Source: an uncultured delta proteobacterium (GTDB lineage: Bacteria; Desulfobacterota; RBG-13-43-22). Taken from it: a stretch of 64,000 nucleotides of DNA. Position numbers and translations under genes: made by a program. Numbering within the stretch: the stretch's first letter is position 1; each line of letters begins with the position of its first letter. A model generated the notes under the pieces. It had not been told where the DNA came from and ran no database searches. It saw only the letters and a list, made by a program, of their open reading frames with translations. The stretch is from the NCBI GenBank assembly GCA_963711835.1, contig CAVQFQ010000019.1, positions 20,134 through 84,133 on the forward strand, read 5' to 3'. Positions 54,131 through 62,300 of this stretch are shown piece by piece.

Positions 54131-55288
54131 ATGAGTGAGACGAAGTCATTCGATTTTGAACAAGGACCCATTCGTCCCCCCAGTGAGGCCCGGAGCTTAT
54201 TGCTGCGGGTGACCCGGAATTGTTCCTGGAACAAGTGCCTCTTTTGCCCGGTCTATAAAGGCCAGACCTTTTCCCGGCGGAGCACGGAAGAGATCAAAGG
54301 AGACATCCGGACTATAAAAAATATCATCGAGGATCTAAAAGGGATTTCCTGGAAATTGGGACGCAGCGGTCAAATCGATGATGCCGTCATAACCGAAGTG
54401 TTCCAGCAACCTTCTTACAGCCAGGCCTACCGGAATGTGGCCGCCTGGATGTATTATAAGGAATACAATGTCTTTCTTCAGGACGGCAACAATCTGGTCC
54501 TTCCAACGGCCGAGTTGGTCGCGATTCTCGAATTTCTGCGCCGTGAAATTCCTCAGGTACGGCGCATCACCTCCTATGCCCGGGCCAAGACCGCCGGGCG
54601 GAAAACGGTGGCGGAATTGACCGCCATCCGGAAAGCGGGTTTGGATCGGATCCATATCGGTTTGGAAAGCGGTTCGGATGCCGTTTTGAAGCTGATGCAG
54701 AAAGGGGTAACCGCCGCCGAGCATATCGAGGCCGGCCAAAAAGTGAAACAGGCCGGCATGGCCCTGTCCGAATATGTCATGCCGGGACTGGGGGGAAAGA
54801 CCTTGTGGCAGGACCATGCCCTGGAAACGGCCCGGGTCTTAAATGCCGTGAATCCTGATTTTATCCGTCTCCGATCCTTGCGGGTTCCCCCCCGGGTGCC
54901 CCTGCATCAATGGGTGCAGGACGGCCGTTTTGTGCTGTTAAACGATGATGAAACCGTTGAGGAAATCCGCTTGATGGTAGATCATCTGGAGGGCATTACC
55001 AGCACCCTGACCTCCGACCATATCATGAACCTTCTGGAAGATGTCAGCGGGACCCTGCCTCAGGACATGGGCCGTATCCTGGCCGCTCTGGATGCCTACC
55101 TGAATCTTTCTCCGGAAGAAAAATTGATCTATCGCTTCGGCCGTCGCGGCGGCGCCTACCGTTCGGTGCAGGACATGAAAGACCTGGTCTTGCGGCGAAA
55201 AATTAAAAAAGCGATTGAAGAAGTCCGGCAGACCTATCCCCAAGGAGTCGAGTCGTTTATCACGGAATTGGTAGATCAATATATTTAG
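54131..55288 (+). CDS. Radical SAM protein
   Basis: 'IRPPSEA.SLLLRVTRNCSWNKCLFC..YK', 'HIGLESGSD', 'MPGLGG', 'SDH..N'. Confidence 0.9.
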   Translation: MSETKSFDFEQGPIRPPSEARSLLLRVTRNCSWNKCLFCPVYKGQTFSRRSTEEIKGDIRTIKNIIEDLKGISWKLGRSGQIDDAVITEVFQQPSYSQAYRNVAAWMYYKEYNVFLQDGNNLVLPTAELVAILEFLRREIPQVRRITSYARAKTAGRKTVAELTAIRKAGLDRIHIGLESGSDAVLKLMQKGVTAAEHIEAGQKVKQAGMALSEYVMPGLGGKTLWQDHALETARVLNAVNPDFIRLRSLRVPPRVPLHQWVQDGRFVLLNDDETVEEIRLMVDHLEGITSTLTSDHIMNLLEDVSGTLPQDMGRILAALDAYLNLSPEEKLIYRFGRRGGAYRSVQDMKDLVLRRKIKKAIEEVRQTYPQGVESFITELVDQYI

Positions 55289-55337
55289 TGGCTTATACAG
55301 CCTATTTTAAGAATGTATCTCTATCTTTCCAATATCA

Positions 55338-55555
55338 GGTATAGGGGGGTCTTATTTTTTTAAGTTATCCACCCCAAAGCCATAAACTTCTTTGCCGGGC
55401 CAAACTGCGAACCCTATTTTATCAGCAAGCCTACACCCAAGCTGGAAATAAGCTTTGGTGAATGCCCTACCTAACGTAAACTTAATTATTCGGGCCGAAT
55501 TAGGGGCTCTTCGTCACCCTTTGGACAACTTAAAAAAATAAGACCCCCCTACACC
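55338..55555 (+). repeat. Structured dispersed element, family 1, copy E
   Basis: 33-bp IR GGTATAGGGGGGTCTTATTTTTTTAAGTTATCC/GGACAACTTAAAAAAATAAGACCCCCCTACACC; core motifs present; interior closest to copy A. Confidence 0.9.
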
Positions 55556-55652
55556 ATACTGCAGCATTTCCCCACTGCTTAACGATTTCATTTTGACATT
55601 TGATGTTTCCGGAAGTACGATGAAACAAAAAAACAGGACAGGAGGAAAAGCC

Positions 55653-56303
55653 ATGAAGAAAGACAATCGAAAATCCTATCTACAAACCTGGCTGCGTTTC
55701 CTTGCAGGAAAGAAAGAAATGGATTTCAAGGAAGCCAGCCAAGCCCTGGAAAAAAAATTTAAAATGCATTATTCTTCCGGAACTTTGAAACGCTACGCCC
55801 TGACCCTGATGGGAAACCTTTATGGGAACGACTATCTCATCGGAAAAAAGGGCAAAGGATACAACGCCGGCCCTTTAACCATTGCCAAGGAGATTACCTA
55901 TCCGGTCTTGGACAAATGCCTCACCCGAAATTTCAGCAAGATCAAATTCCAGGAAGGAGATCTCCGGCTTGAACCCAAAAAGAAACCGGCGCCGGCCGGG
56001 AAAAAAGTCCTGAAGAAAAAGGCAGCACCCGGTGTAAAAAAAGTCAGGACCAAGAAAACTTCCGGGAAGGTCCCCCCAAAACCGCCCGCTAAAACCAAAA
56101 AGAAACCCCCGCGGAAGCGTGAGTTGATTCGCATGGGCCAGGGCCACTATCTTTATGCCCAGGAATTGAACCAGCAATTGGCCGAACTGGAAAACCGCAT
56201 TGCCTCCTACGAACGCATTTTTGACAATTTGAGAAGCATCTTCAGCCGAGAATTTCATGAAATGGAAGAATGGCTGGATGAATTTTTTAATGCCGGACGA
56301 TAA
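55653..56303 (+). CDS. Hypothetical basic protein with Lys/Pro/Ala-rich linker and C-terminal coiled coil
   Basis: RBS GGAGG; 'KKKPAPAGKKVLKKKAAPGVKK'. Confidence 0.75.
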   Translation: MKKDNRKSYLQTWLRFLAGKKEMDFKEASQALEKKFKMHYSSGTLKRYALTLMGNLYGNDYLIGKKGKGYNAGPLTIAKEITYPVLDKCLTRNFSKIKFQEGDLRLEPKKKPAPAGKKVLKKKAAPGVKKVRTKKTSGKVPPKPPAKTKKKPPRKRELIRMGQGHYLYAQELNQQLAELENRIASYERIFDNLRSIFSREFHEMEEWLDEFFNAGR

Positions 56304-56309
56304 GGTCTT

Positions 56310-56810
56310 ATGGTTACACCGGCGACTATGCGTGAAAAGGCCATGGACCTGTTCGACCGCAATTTTTATTGAGCTCAGGCCGTCCTGGCCGTGGGCCTGG
56401 AAATGATTGGGGAGGAGGAAAGGGATACCGCGGTGCGGGCCATGGCCGGCTTAACCGGCGGTTGTTATCGGGGAGAATTTTGCGGGGCCATGGCCGGTGC
56501 AGTGCAGGTTGTCGGCTGCCTGTTCGGACGGGCCGATTTGGATGACCTGGAAGACGGGCGTCTGACCAACACCATCCGGATCGTGTACGACCGCTTGAAA
56601 ACGATAGCCGTTGAAAAATACGGGGATACCAGTTGCCGGACCATCTCAGCCTGCGACTGGTATAACCCGGAAGATGTCAAGGCCAGGCGTCTGGACGGGC
56701 GTCGTGACGAGTGCACCCGCTTTGTGGGTGAATGCGCCAGGGTAGTTGGCGAGGTGCTCCTGGAAGTGGTGGGGGAGGAGGAGTTGAAGATTCTACAAGG
56801 AGAATCCTGA
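56310..56810 (+). CDS. C_GCAxxG_C_C-family redox protein with selenocysteine at codon 21
   Basis: ATG56310 reads MVTPATMREKAMDLFDRNFY-U(TGA 56370-72)-AQAVL, in frame with ORF 56391; motifs CGAMAG, C and C; hairpin CAGGCC..GGCCTG just after the UGA. Confidence 0.85.
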
Positions 56811-56987
56811 CGATAAACCGTAACGGATACCAGATGTCCCCCCTCCCCCTTTGTCAAAGGGGGAGGGGGGAGTTTTAATCTGGCATCGGGTATCTGTTAT
56901 CCGTCATCAGCTCTTATCCTCTTTCCCCTTACCAGGGCCGCTTCAATAATCCGACGGAGTTTTCGGGAATTCACGGGCCAAGGGGAT

Positions 56988-58205
56988 CTATGAGGATAAA
57001 ACCTGAAAATTTTCCGGCGAGGTGGTTAAGGCCGACAAGCCTTCCGGGGTGAGCTGGTAGGTGTTTTCCAGCCCTACCAGCCCATGTTCCGGCAGCATGA
57101 TTTTCGGTTCCAGGGCCAAGACCATTCCGGCCTCCAAAGGCCAATCAAATTTCTGGCCGATAATAGGCAGTTCGTCCAGATCCAGACCCAGCCCGTGGCC
57201 GATATAAGAGGCCCGCTTTGGGCCGCTGCCCATAAAGGTCCGGCCGTATCCCAATTGTTCAGCTTCCTCGACAGCCCACCAATAAAGCTGGTCGCAGGCT
57301 ACCCCCGGCTGGGCCTTGAGTTCAATGGACCTCAGGATTCGGCGGATGGCGGCAAAGGCCTCGGCAACCGCTTGAGCCGGCGGGCCGATGGAAAACATCC
57401 GGGTCTGATCGGCGATGTAGCCGTTAAAACAGCCGCAATAATCAATGCTGATGGGTTCGTGGGACCGAAGCAATTTCAGGCCCGACCCCTGGCTGAAGGC
57501 CGGGCTGATACCCAGTCCGCCCGAAGGGGCGTCCAGATAAGAGGCCTGGGCTCCTTCCGGTCCGGAAAGTACATGCCCATAATACACTTCCTGGTTAAAG
57601 CCCCGGGTGCGGATTAAACCCTGGTGGCCTTCCTTGCGCAGGAAGGACTCGAGGACCCCGGCCAGCTCGATTTCCGTCATTCCCGGACCTATCAGCCGGG
57701 GAACCGCGGCCGTCATTTTCTTGACCATTTCGGCGGCCTTTTTCATGTTTTCGATTTCCCAGGGAGACTTAAACATCCGGCACTTGCGGATCAGGGTCGA
57801 GGCATCCGAGACTTTGGTCTTTTTAAAGAGGTTTTTAAATTGGAGAAAGGTGTTGGCCGGCAAGACGTCCATTTCCAGACCCAGGGTCTGGGGTTGACTT
57901 ATCCCTTCATCGGCCAGATGGGAGGGTATCTCTTTTAAATGGGAGAGTTCCTTGATTTTCGCCAAGGAGGATTCTTCCAAGGCCCGTTCCAAATTTTTCC
58001 GGACCATCAGGAGGGGTTCTTCTTCTGCAGGGAGGTAGAGATATCCCGGCTGCAAGGTTCCGGAAAAATAGAAAAGATCCACATTCTGGCAAAGCAGGAC
58101 CCCGTCCAGCCCTTCCTGGGTCATCAATTCCTGCAGGCAGCGGAGGCGGTTCTCGATTTCAAAAGAGGGCACGAATAAATGGGAAGCCTGATAGGTGATC
58201 TTCAT
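56988..58205 (-). CDS. Xaa-Pro peptidase family (M24B)
   Basis: 'R..KS.WEI', 'D....GYIADQTR', 'GHGLGL', 'ALEPK', 'GLENT'. Confidence 0.9.
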   Translation of the reverse strand: MKITYQASHLFVPSFEIENRLRCLQELMTQEGLDGVLLCQNVDLFYFSGTLQPGYLYLPAEEEPLLMVRKNLERALEESSLAKIKELSHLKEIPSHLADEGISQPQTLGLEMDVLPANTFLQFKNLFKKTKVSDASTLIRKCRMFKSPWEIENMKKAAEMVKKMTAAVPRLIGPGMTEIELAGVLESFLRKEGHQGLIRTRGFNQEVYYGHVLSGPEGAQASYLDAPSGGLGISPAFSQGSGLKLLRSHEPISIDYCGCFNGYIADQTRMFSIGPPAQAVAEAFAAIRRILRSIELKAQPGVACDQLYWWAVEEAEQLGYGRTFMGSGPKRASYIGHGLGLDLDELPIIGQKFDWPLEAGMVLALEPKIMLPEHGLVGLENTYQLTPEGLSALTTSPENFQVLSS

Positions 58206-58364
58206 GGCCTAAATTATGATCCGGGAAGGTGCGCTTGTCAATCCAATTGACAGGCTGGACGCGTTCCATTATTTTGTTCTTCAAGCGGCTCGGGAGAATG
58301 CGCTTTCTTCAGGACAGGGCTGGTCCCCTGGCATAAAAATTTTTTAAAAAAGAGGTTTAAGGCT

Positions 58365-59018
58365 ATGAAACTTCAATTTATTGAGGCCCGGGATCTGCCG
58401 GATGCCTGGTTCCAGTGCGTTTATGAAATCCTCGATCGCGGCCAGGAATATGTCATTGACCGGGGAAGCTGCGCCGGGCAGAAGCGCTTGGAATTCGACT
58501 ATATTACGGTCCGGATCAAATTTCCGGGGACCCGGCCCTTGATTCCCGATATCCCTCCTGCACTGGGAATTCCCAATCCTGTTGCGGAGGGCTATGTGGA
58601 ACAATATCTGCCTTATCTGATGACCGCCGCCAAACAGCCCAATGAGGATTATACCTATGGCCAGTATCTGGAGCCCCAGATCCGGGAAGTGATCCGCATG
58701 TACCGGGAAGAAGGCTACGGCACCAATCAGGCCTTTATGACCGTGGGCGATCCCCAAACCATCTTTCTCAATGACCCTCCCTGCCTGCGGGGTATCGACA
58801 CCCGCATCCGCGACGGCCGTCTGCATTTTTTTGTCTATTTCCGGTCCTGGGATTTATGGAACGGCTTCCCGGCCAATCTGGCGGCCATCCAGATGCTCAA
58901 GGAGTACATGGCTGCCGAAATCGGGGTAGGGGAGGGCGAGATCATCGCCGCCAGCAAAGGTCTGCATCTATACGATTACGTCTGGGAACTGGCCAAACTG
59001 CGGGCCTTAAAAAAGTAA
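58365..59018 (+). CDS. thyA: Thymidylate synthase, short (archaeal-like) ThyA form
   Basis: YTYG, PPC catalytic motif, 'FRSWD....PAN', 'LHLY'. Confidence 0.85.
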   Translation: MKLQFIEARDLPDAWFQCVYEILDRGQEYVIDRGSCAGQKRLEFDYITVRIKFPGTRPLIPDIPPALGIPNPVAEGYVEQYLPYLMTAAKQPNEDYTYGQYLEPQIREVIRMYREEGYGTNQAFMTVGDPQTIFLNDPPCLRGIDTRIRDGRLHFFVYFRSWDLWNGFPANLAAIQMLKEYMAAEIGVGEGEIIAASKGLHLYDYVWELAKLRALKK

Positions 59019-59051
59019 GGCAGAAATACCGACTGCGCAGGTATTTCTGCC
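59019..59051. terminator. Hairpin after thyA (duplicated at ~59873-59905)
   Basis: GGCAGAAATACC..GGTATTTCTGCC. Confidence 0.65.
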
Positions 59052-59056
59052 AAGAA

Positions 59057-59350
59057 TCATGGATGACGGGTTATGGCAATGATGGTGATGGCCTTCGGAC
59101 CAGGGCCGTAATACCAGAAGATCCGATAGGCGGCTGAGGTAGATTGTTCGGCGCAGGCTTCGAATACCTTCTGGCCGTTAGGTCCTTTTAAACTTGTATA
59201 TTCATGGGTTTTAAGGCCTTGATGTCTGGGATTGGCAGCCAGAAATTGCAAGGTCTTTTTTACAGCCTTGAACCTTTTTTCGAGACTTCGGTCACCTCTG
59301 AGTTTGTGAAGTTGATCTTTGGCCTGATCGGTAAGAAAGATTTCAAACAA
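59057..59350 (-). CDS. RelE/ParE-like toxin
   Basis: 97 aa, basic; 'L..NPRH.GL.TH', 'AYRIFW.Y', 'ITII.IT.HP'; downstream of a small partner gene. Confidence 0.75.
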   Translation of the reverse strand: MFEIFLTDQAKDQLHKLRGDRSLEKRFKAVKKTLQFLAANPRHQGLKTHEYTSLKGPNGQKVFEACAEQSTSAAYRIFWYYGPGPKAITIIAITRHP

Positions 59351-59359
59351 CGGCTGATC

Positions 59360-59641
59360 CTATAGTTCATCAGGGTTTATCTTTGAGATTTTGCCTTCTT
59401 TGGCCTCTTTTAATCCTTGAAGGACGCTTTTTAAGGCCGTTTTGTTTTGAAACAACCAAAATTCAGAGGCCGGAATTTCTACCACAGGCTTTAGCAAGAC
59501 CTCCCCTCGGTCATTTTGATAGATCCTTATTCTTTTGGAGCCTTTGATAAGTTCACCCAGGGTAACTCGGTTTCGTTCATCGACGGTGCGGGTGCCTATT
59601 TCAAGGAACTCGTCCTCGATTTTTAAGGTGTTTCTTTGCAT
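59360..59641 (-). CDS. AbrB/MraZ-like antitoxin
   Basis: 'VDERNRVTL', 'G.VLLKP..IP.SE.WL', 'GL.EA.EGK'; RBS GGAGG. Confidence 0.7.
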   Translation of the reverse strand: MQRNTLKIEDEFLEIGTRTVDERNRVTLGELIKGSKRIRIYQNDRGEVLLKPVVEIPASEFWLFQNKTALKSVLQGLKEAKEGKISKINPDEL

Positions 59642-59726
59642 GATCAGACCTCCGATTTTAGGGACAGTTTACCCCGAATCCCTTAATGGGTCAATGGGAA
59701 ATTTTGGCTTGAAACTTTTACATTCG

Positions 59727-59908
59727 GGCCAATCTGGCGGCTATTCAAATTCTCAAGGAATATGGCGGCCGAAATCGGGGTAGGGGAGGGCGAGATCATC
59801 GCCGCCAGCAAAGGCCTGCATTTGTACGATTATGTCTGGGAACTAGCCAAACTGCGGGCCTTAAAAAAGTGAGGCAGAAATACCGACTGAGCCGGCATTT
59901 CTGCCAAG
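59727..59908 (+). repeat. Diverged direct duplicate of the thyA 3' end plus its hairpin (58871-59054)
   Basis: 182 vs 184 bp colinear; mostly third-position changes and one 2-bp deletion. Confidence 0.93.
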
Positions 59909-59942
59909 TTATTTGAATAAGTTGGCAACGTTTCATAAATCC

Positions 59943-59978
59943 TTGACATAATGGTACTATGATGCTATGGTATCATTA
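59943..59978 (+). promoter_or_regulatory. Promoter/operator of the RHH-PIN toxin-antitoxin pair
   Basis: TTGACA-17 nt-TATGGT overlapped by IR TAATGGTAC..GTATCATTA. Confidence 0.6.
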
Positions 59979-60000
59979 AGTAACTGAATGGAGGTTCATT

Positions 60001-60252
60001 ATGGCTGCAATGATAGCAACAAATATACGGCTTCCCGAAGATCTTTTGAAGGCCCTTAAGTACAGAGCAATCGAGGAGAAAAAGAGCGTGAATCAGATTA
60101 TCCGCGAAGCGATCGAGATGTCTCTTGCTGCCGCTCCCCAGCCGGAAGAACGCGAAATGGACCCTTTTGAAGACATGATCGGAATCGCAAGATCAGGCAT
60201 CAAGGATGCGTCTTCTAAGCATGACCGCTACCTCTACGGGACAAAACGATGA
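60001..60252 (+). CDS. Ribbon-helix-helix (CopG-like) antitoxin
   Basis: 'TNIRLPEDL.KALK..A.....SVNQIIREAI', C-terminal 'D.S..HD.YLYG'. Confidence 0.85.
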   Translation: MAAMIATNIRLPEDLLKALKYRAIEEKKSVNQIIREAIEMSLAAAPQPEEREMDPFEDMIGIARSGIKDASSKHDRYLYGTKR

Positions 60253-60657
60253 AGTTGTTTGTAGACACGGGGGCATTTATAGCGCTCACAGATGCAGATG
60301 ACGAAAACCACAAAGCTGCTGTCTGCCTTTTACAGAAATGCAAAGGAAAAGGGGACGCGGTTTGTCACCACAAACTTCGTTGTCTGCGAGACGATGAATT
60401 ACCTCAGGGCAAGGATTTCACATCATATCGCTGTTCTTTTCCGGGAGAACCTGAAGAAGAGCGGCTTCATTGAAATTGTCACAGTTACCCCTTCTATTGA
60501 GGACGCGGCTTTTACTATTTTCAAACGATACACTGACAAGGATTTCAGTTTTACCGACTGCACGAGCTTTTCCATCATGAGGTCTCTTAAACTGAAAAAG
60601 GCCTTTGCCTTTGACAAACATTTTGAGCAATTTGAAGGCATCAGCCGCCTGCCCTGA
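60249..60657 (+). pseudogene. PIN-domain (VapC-like) toxin with a frameshift near 60320
   Basis: 'LFVDTGAFIAL...D.NH' then, in another frame, 'TTNFV..E', 'SFTDCTSF', 'FAFD.HF'. Confidence 0.85.
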
Positions 60658-60790
60658 ATTTCGCCTAAATAGAAATCAGTAATTCAACGTAATTAACGAC
60701 ATCCCTTTCGACCTCCCCCAGGAAGAATCAGCATGAAGACCTAAGCCGTTGGCAACAGCAGAGTTATTTTAAAAAGGGCAACGGCCTCTG

Positions 60791-61033
60791 TTTCCAGCTA
60801 AAGAGCGGGGGCAACAAGAGGAGGAGGTCCTGGCCCGTTTATGCACCAAAGGACGGATCAACCTGGAGAAACTGTGCTCGGGGAGCCGCCGGCCTCAGGT
60901 TTCTGCCCTGCGCTCCACCGCCGCCAGTCAACTGGTGGAGTTTCATGGGGTTTTCCTGGCCGAGGCAGCCCGGCATTTGTGGGTGACCACTTCGGCCATA
61001 TCCAAGATGCTTCAAGTTGTGAGGAAAAAATAG
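60791..61033 (+). pseudogene. C-terminal HTH remnant of a Y1 (RAYT-like) transposase
   Basis: Own translation: ..LCSGSRRPQVSALRS..LVEFHGVFLAEAARHLWVTTSAISKML*; resembles the DnaA-C-like tail of Y1 transposases. Confidence 0.6.
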
Positions 61034-61046
61034 TAATAATCCAACA

Positions 61047-61426
61047 GGTAAACCCCCGGCTTTGCCGGGGGACTCCGAAAGGTTTGACCGTGTGAGGCAA
61101 TAGGAATAAAAACCTCCGAAGTTGGCAGTATCAAGTGTTGTGGGGTATATCAAGGGCAAGAGCGCAATATCGATAGCCCGAACTTTTATGGGAAGGAAGA
61201 GGAATTTTGCTGGGGAGAGTTTTTGGGCGCGGGGATTCTTTGTGTCCACGGTGGGGATAGATGAGGATTCCGTCAGGAAATATATTCGTGATCAAGAGAA
61301 AGAAGATGAGCGTCTGGATCAACTCCAACTTCCCTATAAAGGACCGTCCCCTTCAGGGGACTCATGAAAAGGCCCCCTTGGGGGGCTAACAAAAATAAGC
61401 CCCCGGCTTTGCCGGGGGTCATTTAA
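61047..61426 (+). mobile_element. tnpA: Internally deleted IS200/IS605-family element (only the 3' half of tnpA remains)
   Basis: Identical subterminal hairpins CCCCCGGCTTTGCCGGGGG at both ends; 'VS.VVGYIKGKSA..FWARG.FVSTVG..Y...Q' present, HUH half missing. Confidence 0.88.
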
Positions 61427-61763
61427 CCCAACTAATTCAAGAACGCCCCATAAATTAAAATTAAAAAGTAGCTTGTTTCCTTTCCTCCATGATCTTGTGA
61501 AAAGTGTAGACCTGACACTGAAGATTCCTATTCGTCCTTTAAAATCTCTGCCTCGGGCGGGATGCCGGATACTGATAACGCTGAGATTTAAAGTTCGCGA
61601 TTAGTGAGCACTAGGGAAACCAGAAACAGCAAGCCTACCGCTTAGTTGTGCAGGAGAGGTGCGTCCTAAAAAAGACTAAAATCGCAACTGGTTAAATTCA
61701 TTATTTTTCTTTTGATGATACTTTTTCCCTTGACAGGATGATTATAGGATGTCCCCTTTTCCA

Positions 61764-61933
61764 CGGAGGCTTGCAGTGGTAAAAGCCCGCAGGGAGTTAT
61801 CACAAGCGGGGGTGCAGTTTTGGGATTTTCAGGGGCGGAGATCGCCTGGTATCTTGGAGTAACGAATTTCTGCGTTACGCGGGCGGTTTCGACGAGGAGG
61901 AGGTTGTCCGAATTGAAGGAACGTTATGGTTGA
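61764..61933 (+). pseudogene. Second C-terminal HTH remnant of a Y1 (RAYT-like) transposase, frameshifted
   Basis: Own translation: RRLAVVKARRELSQ../LGFSGAEIAWYLGVTNFCVTRAVS..*. Confidence 0.55.
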
Positions 61934-62028
61934 GTAAATGAGCATTAGTTAAGCACATTCTGCACGAACATCCCCTTTTCAGGGTGTTATCATTTCAAGA
62001 GCGCCTCCGTTCCCCTCAGATATCCCCC

Positions 62029-62261
62029 TTGTGTTCAACTAGTTCCGGCGCAAAAATAGTGCATTCATCAATCAAAGTCGAATGTTCGTCGCTTGCGTTC
62101 TATTACGATCCGCTCCATCATTTTTCCCGTAGTAGAGTTGTACACATAATCCCTGGATGTTTGTACGTTGCCGCTGAGACCAGAATTCCTCCGTAATATT
62201 TTGTTGTGTTCAACTAGTTCCGGCGCAAAAATAGTGCATTCATCAATCAAAGGCGAATGTT
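62029..62261. repeat. 58-bp direct repeat (62029-62086 and 62204-62261, one mismatch)
   Basis: TTGTGTTCAACTAGTTCCGGCGCAAAAATAGTGCATTCATCAATCAAAG(T/G)CGAATGTT. Confidence 0.9.
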
Positions 62262-62300
62262 TGTCCGCGTAATCTTGGAAAGCCTCCTTTACAAATGATT

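Noticed and set aside
54128-55288. CX4CX2C spacing in the radical SAM protein as a novelty
   Set aside because: The C.WNKC.FC spacing is common in this radical SAM subfamily.
60841-61100. ORF-track products 60841-61095 (+) and 60858-61100 (-)
   Set aside because: Off-frame readings; the meaningful frame is the start-less HTH remnant 60791-61033.
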